From positions 502 through 64,501 of the forward strand of contig JBAOIL010000025.1 in the NCBI GenBank assembly GCA_037044975.1: 64,000 nucleotides of DNA, written 5' to 3'. The first letter of the stretch is position 1. Every line of letters starts with the position of its first letter. Both the position numbers and the translations under genes were made by a program. The notes below the pieces were generated by a model. It was not told the origin of the DNA and did no database searches. It worked only from the letters and a program-made list of their open reading frames with translations. Positions 40,473-49,001 of the stretch are shown here, in pieces. The DNA comes from Verrucomicrobiota bacterium. GTDB lineage: Bacteria; Verrucomicrobiota; Verrucomicrobiia; Limisphaerales; JADLHS01.

Positions 40473-40730
40473 TTGAATTGTGCGCACAACGGGGTTACTG
40501 TGCGCATGATGAAACTGCGAAAGAATCTTTCCCTCGATGCGCGGGCGGTCGCCGCCGGCCAACGGCTGGCGGATGAACACGAAAACGGCAACCTGTCGGC
40601 AGTGGTTGAAAAACAACTCCTGGCCCTGGCCCGGGAAGGGGAAGACGAACACTTCTCCCGGCACACCGGAACGCCGGTGGCGCGCCCCGGCGAGGCCCGG
40701 TTTGATTACTTGAAAAGGAAACACGCATGA
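40473..40730 (+). CDS. vapB: VapB-type antitoxin (DUF6364-like)
   Basis: KLRKNLSLDARAVAAGQRLADEH...LSAVVEKQLLAL. A TTG at 40473 follows aaggag; the alternative start is ATG 40506. Overlaps vapC by 4 nt. Confidence 0.7.
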   Translation: MNCAHNGVTVRMMKLRKNLSLDARAVAAGQRLADEHENGNLSAVVEKQLLALAREGEDEHFSRHTGTPVARPGEARFDYLKRKHA

Positions 40731-41134
40731 AAGTGCTCATTGATACGAACGTCGTCTTCGATGTTTTCGCCCGGCGGCAGCCGCACTACTCCGCCAGCAA
40801 CCACATTCTCAAGCTGGCGCGGCGCAAGAAGATCGCCGCCGCCGTTGCCGCCCACACGGTCGCCAACCTTTTTTATTTTTACCAGCGGCCCGCCGTGGCG
40901 TTTCTCCGGGAGGACTTGTTGCCGAACGTCGAAGTCGCGGCGGCGGATTCGTTTCTCACGTTGGCGAGTCTGAATTTGGGGATGCCTGATTTGGAGGATG
41001 CATTGCAGGTGGGGGCCGCGCTGGACTGGAAAGCCGCCTTCATCATCACCCGGAATGTCCGCCACTTCAAAAAGTCCAACGTCCCGGCGATGACCCCGGT
41101 GGAGTGGATCAAGCGGTTTGAACCGGCGCTCTAA
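40727..41134 (+). CDS. vapC: PIN-domain toxin VapC
   Basis: MKVLIDTNVVFD start with conserved acidic residues (D6, E-rich mid region, D near ITRN); 135 aa. Confidence 0.85.
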   Translation: MKVLIDTNVVFDVFARRQPHYSASNHILKLARRKKIAAAVAAHTVANLFYFYQRPAVAFLREDLLPNVEVAAADSFLTLASLNLGMPDLEDALQVGAALDWKAAFIITRNVRHFKKSNVPAMTPVEWIKRFEPAL

Positions 41135-41249
41135 AACGTCAGTGCGCCGCGCAGCTCGCCGCCCAGATCGGTGCGGGCGGTAAAATTCAGATTCGATCGC
41201 CAAGTGAAAAGCCAGACAGGTTTGGCCTGCCACAATGTTGATTTGGCCC

Positions 41250-41375
41250 TTACGCCAATTTCGCGCCCGTCAGGAGGTTCTGTAACGAGGCCGGCGCGAA
41301 CCGGCTGAACAGAGCCACGGCGAGGATGGAAACCACGGCGATGATCGCGATGTTTTTGCGGACTGCTTTATTCAT
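41250..41375 (-). CDS. small hydrophobic peptide ORF inside repeat copy 2 (41 aa)
   Basis: MNKAVRKNIAIIAVVSILAVALFSRFAPASLQNLLTGAKLA*. Across the shared codons, 4 of the 7 differences from copy 1 are synonymous. Confidence 0.45.
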   Translation of the reverse strand: MNKAVRKNIAIIAVVSILAVALFSRFAPASLQNLLTGAKLA

Positions 41376-41510
41376 GTGAGGAAGGACGCCCAGAAGCGGG
41401 CATTCGGTTGGCGGACAGTGCCGCGTTCAACTGGCGCCCCCGGTTTCGAGTTCCGGCGCTTGCGTCAGCCCACAGCGGCCAAGTGAGACGACCTTACACC
41501 CTGCCCTCGG

Positions 41511-41573
41511 GGTTGTATCGTGAAGAGTTGCGGTTGTATCGTGAAGAGTTGCGGTTGTATCGTGAAGAGTTGG
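41511..41573 (+). repeat. 3 x 21-bp tandem repeat (ggttgtatcgtgaagagttgc)
   Basis: Units at 41511-41531, 41532-41552 and 41553-41573; present once in copy 1 (~40425-40445). Confidence 0.9.
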
Positions 41574-41641
41574 AGGGGTTAAAATGACCGGAACGCACGC
41601 TTTCAATTTGCATTCAATGCGCCGTGAGTTATGCTTTTTCC

Positions 41642-41884
41642 ATGACGACGTGTTTAACGTTCCGGGATGTGCCTGTGGAATTGCGGGACGAATTGAAGCG
41701 GCGCGCGCAGGCGAACAAGCGGAGTCTCAATGCCGAAGGGGTGACGCTCTTGGGAGAGGTGTTGCAGGCGGGCGCGCGCCTGCCCGAAAAAGAACTGCGC
41801 CGCCGCATTGCCGCCACCAAGACCCCGCACAAGGGTTTGACGCGGGCAGAAATGCACGCCGCGATTCGGGAGGGGCGCAAGTGA
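41642..41884 (+). CDS. vapB: Arc/RHH-type (FitA/VapB-like) antitoxin
   Basis: MTTCLTFRDVPVELRDELKRRAQANKRSLNAEGVTLL; its stop overlaps the GTG start of the PIN gene. Confidence 0.75.
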   Translation: MTTCLTFRDVPVELRDELKRRAQANKRSLNAEGVTLLGEVLQAGARLPEKELRRRIAATKTPHKGLTRAEMHAAIREGRK

Positions 41885-42279
41885 TCGTCGCCGATTCCAC
41901 GTTGGTGGCGGGGTTTGTGTTCCCGGAAGATAGTTTCCACCAGGTGGCCCGGGCGGTGCGGGACAAGGATGGGGACTGGCGGTGTCCGGAGTTGATTTTT
42001 TCCGAAGTGCGCAGTGTGGGGTTGAAGAGTCGCACCCGCAAAATCCCCCTCGACACCATCATTGCCCGGTGCAATCTCGCCGCAAACGCGGTGTCCGTTT
42101 ACCGGATGCACAATCACAGTGTCTTGTCCGTCGCCGAAGCGGGTGGGCTTTGGGTTTACGATGCGGAATATGTGGCGCTGGCCCGGCAACTGGCGGTCAC
42201 GCTGGTGACGTGCGACGCGGAAGTGTTGAAAAAGTTCCCGGCGCTGGCGCTGTCGCCGGAGCAGTTCCTTAAAAAGTAA
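41881..42279 (+). CDS. vapC: PIN-domain toxin VapC
   Basis: VIVADSTLVAGFVF...DAEYVALARQLAVTLVTCD; 132 aa from GTG 41881. Confidence 0.8.
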   Translation: MIVADSTLVAGFVFPEDSFHQVARAVRDKDGDWRCPELIFSEVRSVGLKSRTRKIPLDTIIARCNLAANAVSVYRMHNHSVLSVAEAGGLWVYDAEYVALARQLAVTLVTCDAEVLKKFPALALSPEQFLKK

Positions 42280-42284
42280 GCACG

Positions 42285-42444
42285 AGGCGCCGCGCGCCGC
42301 CCGCGTCAACGCCGCCTCGCTCTGCAAACGGAAGGCCGCATCCGGTTTGGTTCGGCCCAGTTCAATCCCACGGGCGACCAAATTTCCGCGCCAGGACTGG
42401 ATGGTTTGGTTCAGGTCAAACGGTGTTGGTTCAAACGTCACCAA
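42285..42444 (-). pseudogene. truncated remnant of a second HAAS/DUF1700-like membrane-protein gene
   Basis: Directly after the stop at 42445 the same frame reads LVTFEPTPFDLNQTIQSWRGNLV, paralogous to TTTTFDLNLAIQRWREKLV at the start of the upstream gene. The similarity is lost where the vapC 3' end begins. Confidence 0.4.
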
Positions 42445-43032
42445 TCATTGCGCTACGAATTGGTTTTGCATGAAGGCGATCACGGGTAACAGGACCGCGA
42501 TCAGCGTGGGCAGCGTCAAGAGAACCAGGACGGCCATGGTCGTGGCGAAGAAACCCATCCAAGAACTTTTGCCTTTGGATCTTAGGATCCAAACATACCC
42601 ACAGTAAACTGCCGCCAGCAGCGGTGGTACGGCCAGATACGATCCACAATCCACCGCGAACCGGGTGAACGCCGGCAAGACGCCTCCGCGCATGGCCGCG
42701 CTCACCATCGCCGGGAAATGCAGGAGGGCCCACAGCAACCAGCAGCCGAGGCTGAAGAAAACGAGAATCAAACCGTGGCTGATCAAGTTCCACGAATTCC
42801 GGTTCACCTTGGCAAATTCCGGTTCGAGATTCTCCACATTTCCCACCCGGCGCGTTGCGATCAGAAACGATTCTTCCGACGAAAGCCCCTGGCCCTGGAG
42901 GCTCATCGCCGAGTCGCGGACATGCGTTGCCAGCTCCGCCACGTTCTCGGCTTTGAAGTGGGGTGATTGCACCAGCTTCTCCCGCCAGCGCTGGATGGCA
43001 AGATTCAGATCAAACGTGGTTGTGGTTGCCAT
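42445..43032 (-). CDS. PadR-associated membrane protein with an N-terminal HAAS/DUF1700-like helical domain
   Basis: 195 aa from ATG 43032 with four predicted TM helices in the C-terminal half; overlaps the PadR gene end. Confidence 0.65.
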   Translation of the reverse strand: MATTTTFDLNLAIQRWREKLVQSPHFKAENVAELATHVRDSAMSLQGQGLSSEESFLIATRRVGNVENLEPEFAKVNRNSWNLISHGLILVFFSLGCWLLWALLHFPAMVSAAMRGGVLPAFTRFAVDCGSYLAVPPLLAAVYCGYVWILRSKGKSSWMGFFATTMAVLVLLTLPTLIAVLLPVIAFMQNQFVAQ

Positions 43033-43343
43033 AGTTTTGTGAAGGTTTCGTGGACACTGAGCCACTGTTGCTTTTCTTCCTGCAAAGCCTTCCGACCTTC
43101 CTTGCGCAGCCGATAGTATTTTCGTTTCCGGCCCGTCTCGGCTGCGCGCCATTCGGCTTCGATCAAGTCCTCCCTCTCCATCCAATGCAGCACCGGGTAG
43201 AGCATGCCTTCCGTCCACTCGATTTTACCGCCGGACAGTTCCCGCACCCGCTGGATCAGCGCGTAGCCGTAGTTCTCGCCCTCGGTCAGCACCGATAAGA
43301 CCAGCGGCACCGTCGAGGCGGCAACCAGTTCCTTTGCAAGCAT
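43005..43343 (-). CDS. PadR-family transcriptional regulator
   Basis: ENYGYALIQRV...EGMLYPVLHWMEREDLIEAEW...RKYYRL. Confidence 0.88.
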   Translation of the reverse strand: MLAKELVAASTVPLVLSVLTEGENYGYALIQRVRELSGGKIEWTEGMLYPVLHWMEREDLIEAEWRAAETGRKRKYYRLRKEGRKALQEEKQQWLSVHETFTKLWQPQPRLI

Positions 43344-43456
43344 GGCGGCATTATGCCTAGCACCGCCATGCTTGTCAAGGGAGAAGGTTTTGCGCCGGAA
43401 CTCGGGTGGGGATGCGGGCTTGGTCGCCACCTCACGGGTGTGGCCGCCGGGGACAG

Positions 43457-44671
43457 TTACTGCGTTCGCATCTTCTCTGCGTGCAGTTTAATCAACGCGC
43501 CCACGGCGGCGTCGGTGGCTTGGAAGGCCGCATTGCCGCTTTGATTTACGCAAACGAGAATCGCAAAATCGCGTTGTGGAGCGATCCAGACGTTGGCGAA
43601 ATTCATCGTGTTGTCGCCGGCGTGGTTCAGGACTTTGCCACCGCCCCAGTCGCGCTGCGCCACGATCCAGCCCAAGGCGTACTCGCCACCGAACGGCGGC
43701 GTGTGCAGCTTCTGATAAGTTCCGGGCTTCAGCAACCCTGACTCCTCCCGACCGCCCCGCAACTGATCCTGGATGAACTTTGCCCAATCCTGAATCGTGC
43801 AATGCACCCGCCCCGCCGGGCCCATCACGGGCGGATTGTCCACGGCGGGACCATTTTCGGCGGTCGGCTCGCCATTGGCAGTGTGCGGCCAAGGTTGGTC
43901 AATCTCGCCCCGCGTTCCCGTGCCGCCAAAGCCAGCCGTCTTCATTTGCAGCGGCGCGAAGACCTCCGTGGCCAAGGAGTGTTCCCATGATTGGCCGACG
44001 ATTTTCTCCACGACCGCCCCGGCGATGATGTAACCGAGATTCGAGTAGAGGTAATTACTGCCCGGCGCGCGGGGCGGCGGTTTCGCGAGTTCCGCCTGCA
44101 CGGCCCGCAATCGTAAAGCCACCACGTCGTCGCCGGGATAGTTGGCGAGGTTCAGGTTTGCCGGCAGGCCCGCCCGATGGGAGAGCAAGTGCAGGAGCGT
44201 GACGGATCTGAAATCGGGATGCATTTGCGGTGCAAGGTCGGGGAACACCGCGGCGAGCGTCGTATCCCATTTCAATCGGCCCTGCTCCACCAGGCGCGCG
44301 ATCAGCGTCGCGGTCATGGCTTTGGTGTCCGAGCCGAGATGCCACTGGTCAGTGAGCGTGACGGGAATTTCCGTGCCACGCTTGCGGACCCCGACCGCGC
44401 CGACAAACTGGATGCCCCTGGCTCGTCACCACCAACAGCCACCATCGCCGGCACGCCAAATTTCTGGCGAATGGGCTTCAATGCGCACTGTGACTGCTTC
44501 GTCACCTACAAGCGGGCAAAAGGCCGAAGCTGGATAACTTTTGGCACTGGCCTTGGCTTCGCGCTGATGTATCACCAGCGCCGCCGCCAACACCAGTCCC
44601 ACGCATACAACGAGCATCGTCAGCGCCCCCACGGCCAGACCACAACCGAAGGATTTGGGTTCGAGCTTCAT
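43457..44671 (-). pseudogene. serine hydrolase / class-C beta-lactamase-family protein with two frame breaks in the 5' third
   Basis: The signal anchor MKLEPKSF... is in ORF 44426-44671. KFGVPAMVAV is in ORF 44314-44505. GSDTKAMTA (SxxK) and YSNLGY (YxN) are in the main ORF 43457-44425. Confidence 0.7.
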
Positions 44672-44725
44672 CTGTGCGCCATGCTAAGCGACAACCCCAT
44701 GGCCTCAACTCCGAATTGCGTTTGC

Positions 44726-45475
44726 TCACCGGCGGAAGGCGCTAAACAACGCCTGCATCTCCTCCGCCACGTTTGCGGGATCGCTCAGGGTCTGCGCGAT
44801 TTCGTCGCGCAACACTTCGCGGTAACGCCGCCGCAGCCGATGAACCGCCACGCGCACCGCGCCTTCGGAAACACCCAGCTCCGCGGCGGCCTGCGGATAG
44901 GGAATCGCGCTCTTGCCGACGGTAAGATACGGCTTCAGCACCGCGAACCACCGGCCATTGTCATCCGCCACACACTCGGCGCGCAACCGCTCGATCACGC
45001 ACGCCAGCAACGCCAGCGCCCACTCGCGGTCGAAGGCTTGCTCCGGACTCGGCTCGGTGGTGGCGGCGATTTGAAACTGCGTGTCCGCCGTCTGCCAGTC
45101 GAGCGAGAGCAGCGTCACGCCGCCGCCGCGCTTCTGGCGTTGCGACTTGTCCCATTCATTGGCGAGGAAATGCTTGAGCGACGCCAGCAGGAACGCGCGA
45201 AACCGTCCGCGTTCGGCGCTCAAGCCGGCGAGATAATTTTTCTCCAGAAAGCGGGCGAGGAAAGTTTGCGTGAGGTCCTCGGCGTCCTCCTTCGAGTAAC
45301 CGCGCCGCCGGACGTAGGCGTAGAGCGGAAACCAGTAGGTGCGGCAAAGTTCCTCCAGCGCGTGATCGGATTGCGGTGTGGATCGTTTGCCCGCCGCGAG
45401 CACGACCGTCCAATGCGTCGTGGCGAAGACATCGCCGGGCGCGCTCGTGGACTGGCTGGAATGTCTGGAGGTCAC
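44726..45475 (-). CDS. ECF-type RNA polymerase sigma factor (kinase-linked group)
   Basis: FATTHWTVV N-terminus, region 2 (YWFPLYAYVRRRG..EDAEDLTQ) and a region 4 HTH (AAAELGVSEGAVRVAVHRLRRR). Confidence 0.85.
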   Translation of the reverse strand: MTSRHSSQSTSAPGDVFATTHWTVVLAAGKRSTPQSDHALEELCRTYWFPLYAYVRRRGYSKEDAEDLTQTFLARFLEKNYLAGLSAERGRFRAFLLASLKHFLANEWDKSQRQKRGGGVTLLSLDWQTADTQFQIAATTEPSPEQAFDREWALALLACVIERLRAECVADDNGRWFAVLKPYLTVGKSAIPYPQAAAELGVSEGAVRVAVHRLRRRYREVLRDEIAQTLSDPANVAEEMQALFSAFRR

Positions 45476-45481
45476 GTCGGT

Positions 45482-48400
45482 TCAGTTTCCTGGCAACACG
45501 ACATCCTTCCATTCGTTGGTGCGGACGGGGCGGGTACCGATGACGAACTTGTCCACCCGGGAGAGTGGGATTGGAAATTCAAATTTCGCCACGCTCACGC
45601 CCGGGACATTGGAAACTCCCCGACCCGAACCGAAATGCTGAGTTTCTCGTCCATCTTTAGTCACGGCCACCGCGCCAAAGGCACGTGACTTCATTTCCTT
45701 CGTGTTCACCGCAATGGCGACAAACGCATGACCTTCGGCGTTTTGCCCCAGCCCGTTCAAGATGCTGTTGCCCTCCAGCGACATGGTGCCATTAAAGTCA
45801 GGCGCGAGTTCGTTTGTCCTTTCCAGCGGGCCGATGGTGTAGCGCAATTGCACGGTCAGACGCGCTGGAGAATTCATGCCATCAGCCGGACTCCCGGTCC
45901 AACAACGCCAACCGAGCCAGCCATTCTGCTCGCTGGCATCCACCAAGCTGCATGACGCGGAGCCGTCCGCGCCGAGTTTGAGGTAACGGCCGCTTTCGTC
46001 CCGCAGCCTGATTTCGCTGAAATCGGTCCGCTGGAACGCCGGGTGCGAAAACCAGAGTTTCAGGAAACGCGGCTGCGACTCGAATGCTGTGCTCATCTCT
46101 CCGGCATGAACCACTTGCAACCATTTCAATTCCGTCGCATTCGTCACCGGCGAACCGTCGGGATGCCGCGCCGCGCCGGGTCGGTTGGTCTTCCACTCAT
46201 CCTCCCAAGCGAGGAAATGCAACTGTGGCACCTCCGTCAACGCGGCGGCGGAGAATGCTGGTGGATTGGTTAATCTACGGTCGCCGTTCTGCACCAGCTT
46301 GTAGCGCAGCTTCACGCCGCGCGGGTGGTCGGTGAAGCCGGTGATTTGCAGGAGGCCCATTGCTCCGCTGCTGGTCTGAAAGGCGAGGGTCAGCGGCTTG
46401 CCGCCGTCACTTCGGATGGACAGGAACTGCAGGCCCTCTTGTTCCTCCATTCCAGCCTCATCCAGCGTTCGACGGCGTTCGTCCATCGGCGCCGACTCCC
46501 ACCACGCATCAGGCGCAGAAGCAAGCGTGATCTTAAGCCCGCCCAACTGCCATTTGTCGCCCCCTTTTTGTGACGCCAACAGATCAACACCTTGGTCTGT
46601 AATCCATTTCTGCCACAGCGCTACGCTGGAACGGACCGTCGCCGGAGCGGTCCACAACTGGCCGCTCTCGAAGTCCAATCCATGCAGCCCGGATTTCTCA
46701 CCGCTGCCGTTCAACACGCGCTCGATCACCGGACCAAAAGTCGGCGCGGCCATCGCCAAAGCATTGGTGGATTCCATGACCGAGGCCGTTGCTGGTTTTG
46801 ATTGGACTGACTGACGTCGCAAGAGAATCCCCCTCAGAGCGAGCAAGTCCAGCAGGCTTAACAGGATGATGGCGTTGATGATCGCGACTAAGACACGCAG
46901 GATGATGCGGCGATGCTTGCGCCAAACCGGCAAGGTCAGTTCGGCCAAAACAAACAGAGCCAGAAGGCCGGGGCCGATCCATTGGCTCTCGGCGCAGAAG
47001 AAGGATTTCACCAGGCCGGTGTAGAGGAAATGCCTGCGAACTTCGGAAGCCAGGCGCGCTTCGGCCAGCAACTCCCGCACAGACGGCACGAAGAACACCA
47101 TGCAGAGATACCAAACAGCCGCCAGCGGCAAGACTCGGACGAGAAATCCCAGGTAGTCCTTCCAAGGCAATCGCGACGCAGCGGCGGGTGGCTCACTGGC
47201 GGATTGGCTTTCCGTGCCGCGCAAATTCCTCGAACTGAAGTTCGGTTCGGGAAACCACGGTGAAGCAAACGGCCAGACACCCACGAGCTGGAGAACGCAA
47301 ATGGCAAGGCCAACGATGCACGTCGCAATCAACGTCACTTTGAGAGGGACGCTGCGGACGCCGGACGATAGCGAAAGCAGAAACAGTAAGAAAAGCGTCC
47401 CGCCAACTACGATGGCCGGCTCCCATCGGTTGGCCTGCGTGGCAGTTGGCGCAAACCGGCGTTTTGTTGCAGCGCTGTTGCCGGTTCGTGGATTTGAGTA
47501 AATAGTCTCCACATCAGACTTTACCTGGCTTGCCTGCTGGTAGCGCCGCTCCGGTTCCTTCTCCAACGCACGCAGCACCACTTCATCAAGGCGCACATCA
47601 ATCTGGACCTTACGCGACGGCGGTTCGAGGCGTTTGCCGGGTAGTTCGCCAGTGAGCATCTGGTAAAACACCACGCCCAAGGCGTAAATGTCCGCGCGAT
47701 GATCCACGTCGGCGGGATGCGAAACCTGTTCGGGCGCCATGTAGTTGGGCGTGCCCATGACTTTGCCGGCGTCGGTGAGCGATTGGAGCACGGGTCTGTG
47801 ACCCGCAGCACTCACGTCGGCGCTGAGAGATCCGGGTTGTTCGGTCGCTCCGGTGCTTTCGTCCCCGCTGCGGCTCACAGAGCCGCGCTCCGTTCCCACA
47901 ATCTTCGCCAGCCCGAAATCCGCCACCTTCACGCGACCGCGGCGATCCAGCAAAATATTCTCCGGCTTTATGTCACGATGGACGATGCCCTGGTCGTGGG
48001 CGAATTGCAGCGCGTCGCAAATCTGCGGCACGATGGCCAGCGCCTCGCGCGCGGAGACGCGGCCGGCGTGGAGCAACTGCCGCAGGTTCACGCCGTCCAC
48101 GAATTCCATGAGGAAGAAGTAGAGCTTCGTAGCGTCAGGCATCCTGCCTGTCGTAGAGGGCGGCATCTTGCCGCCCGGGTCGGTCTCCGAATTGGCAACA
48201 ACTTTCGGCCTTTCTGCGCGCCCACCGCTGCCGACGTCTTGTCCGCCGGGCTGGAAGCCCGGCTCCACGGCAGGCAGGATGCCGGCCACCACACCAAACT
48301 CATACAACGTCACGATGCCGGGATGATTCAGCTTGGCGAGCGCCTTGGCTTCGCGGGTGAAGCGTTCGGCGAACGCCGGATCGTCGCCGATGCCGGGCGG

Positions 48401-48700
48401 GAGAATTTTCAGTGCCACGATGCGATCCAGTTGCTTTTGGCGCGCCTTGTAAACCGCACCCATTCCGCCCTTGCCGATGAGTTCGAGAATTTCCAGTTGC
48501 GGGAACAGCGGCGCCAGTTCAGCGACGGGCGGCGGGTTGAACGGCGGTTGTTTGCCCTCGGTAACGGTGTCCGCCGCCGCGCCCTGCCGGAGCAGGCAGG
48601 CGGGGCACAGGCCGGCAAGCGCGCCGGTGGGCAGTGGCGTGCCACATTGTGGGCATTTCGGGTCGCGGGACGGGTCGGGCATCGCTTTGGTGTCGCTCAT
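45482..48700 (-). CDS. Ser/Thr protein kinase with an N-terminal zinc-ribbon-like motif, TM region and a large C-terminal domain
   Basis: [30 protein letters not shown] and GTPNYMAPE; start at MSDTKAM (ATG 48700). Confidence 0.9.
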   Translation of the reverse strand: MSDTKAMPDPSRDPKCPQCGTPLPTGALAGLCPACLLRQGAAADTVTEGKQPPFNPPPVAELAPLFPQLEILELIGKGGMGAVYKARQKQLDRIVALKILPPGIGDDPAFAERFTREAKALAKLNHPGIVTLYEFGVVAGILPAVEPGFQPGGQDVGSGGRAERPKVVANSETDPGGKMPPSTTGRMPDATKLYFFLMEFVDGVNLRQLLHAGRVSAREALAIVPQICDALQFAHDQGIVHRDIKPENILLDRRGRVKVADFGLAKIVGTERGSVSRSGDESTGATEQPGSLSADVSAAGHRPVLQSLTDAGKVMGTPNYMAPEQVSHPADVDHRADIYALGVVFYQMLTGELPGKRLEPPSRKVQIDVRLDEVVLRALEKEPERRYQQASQVKSDVETIYSNPRTGNSAATKRRFAPTATQANRWEPAIVVGGTLFLLFLLSLSSGVRSVPLKVTLIATCIVGLAICVLQLVGVWPFASPWFPEPNFSSRNLRGTESQSASEPPAAASRLPWKDYLGFLVRVLPLAAVWYLCMVFFVPSVRELLAEARLASEVRRHFLYTGLVKSFFCAESQWIGPGLLALFVLAELTLPVWRKHRRIILRVLVAIINAIILLSLLDLLALRGILLRRQSVQSKPATASVMESTNALAMAAPTFGPVIERVLNGSGEKSGLHGLDFESGQLWTAPATVRSSVALWQKWITDQGVDLLASQKGGDKWQLGGLKITLASAPDAWWESAPMDERRRTLDEAGMEEQEGLQFLSIRSDGGKPLTLAFQTSSGAMGLLQITGFTDHPRGVKLRYKLVQNGDRRLTNPPAFSAAALTEVPQLHFLAWEDEWKTNRPGAARHPDGSPVTNATELKWLQVVHAGEMSTAFESQPRFLKLWFSHPAFQRTDFSEIRLRDESGRYLKLGADGSASCSLVDASEQNGWLGWRCWTGSPADGMNSPARLTVQLRYTIGPLERTNELAPDFNGTMSLEGNSILNGLGQNAEGHAFVAIAVNTKEMKSRAFGAVAVTKDGRETQHFGSGRGVSNVPGVSVAKFEFPIPLSRVDKFVIGTRPVRTNEWKDVVLPGN
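48139..48283. repeat. ~145-bp inverted-repeat-bounded element inserted in frame in the kinase domain
   Basis: ggcatcctgcctgtcgtagag (48139-) versus the complement of ctccacggcaggcaggatgcc (-48283). It adds ~48 aa ([14 protein letters not shown]...GRMPDAT) between LYEFG and [11 protein letters not shown]. Confidence 0.6.
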
Positions 48701-48823
48701 ATACACCCATCTCAGAAGCGAATCCGAGAATTTGTTACAGAAAAATCTGGCCGTGAAATACACGAAACCATCGAAACAGGCAGCGCCGCAAGCGGACTCC
48801 GCGCCGCGCGGCCGCAGCCGAAG

Positions 48824-48940
48824 CGGAACGCGACCGGTCCCCGGTCGCAGCGGGTCGCCAGTCCGGAGATCGCGGGAAACTCTTTACGCTTCATTGCCGG
48901 CGGGAGCGCTGCGGGCGGGGGGGGACCGCCCGCGCTCCGG
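48824..48940. repeat. second, intergenic copy of the 2254-2371 element family
   Basis: The right arm gggaccgcccgcgctccgg (48922-48940) is the exact complement of the ALDH left arm ccggagcgcgggcggtccc. The left arm is cggaacgcgaccggtccc (48824-48841). Same ~117-nt length. Confidence 0.6.
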
Positions 48941-49001
48941 AGACAAAACGGGCCGGAGTTGCCTCCAGCCCGCGCGTAAATCCGCAATCGCAAATCGTAA
49001 A

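Larger units (their letters stand above)
41197..41590. repeat. copy 2 of the ~350-bp module, with a triplicated 21-bp unit
   Basis: Aligns to 40111-40460; the extra length comes from the tandem units at 41511-41573. Confidence 0.85.

Noticed and set aside
40194-40724. 176-aa minus-strand ORF across the first repeat module and vapB
   Set aside because: Only the last 31 codons (MNKAVRKN...) are conserved in the second module. The rest is antisense to vapB and has no counterpart in copy 2.
41511-41573. Tandem 21-bp repeats considered as a possible CRISPR array
   Set aside because: The units are directly adjacent with no spacers, there are only three of them, and no cas genes are present in the window.
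41584-42279. 231-aa ORF spanning the second antitoxin and PIN toxin in one frame
   Set aside because: The first 100 codons overlap the Arc-type antitoxin in another frame and look non-protein-like. The PIN domain starts at the GTG at 41881, which overlaps the antitoxin stop in the usual TA arrangement.
48712-49001. C-terminal ~100 codons of the listed 499-aa ORF 48712-50211
   Set aside because: This is read-through caused by the frame break near 49200. It runs through the intergenic repeat element and into the kinase start. The conserved tail ends at 49002 in another frame.
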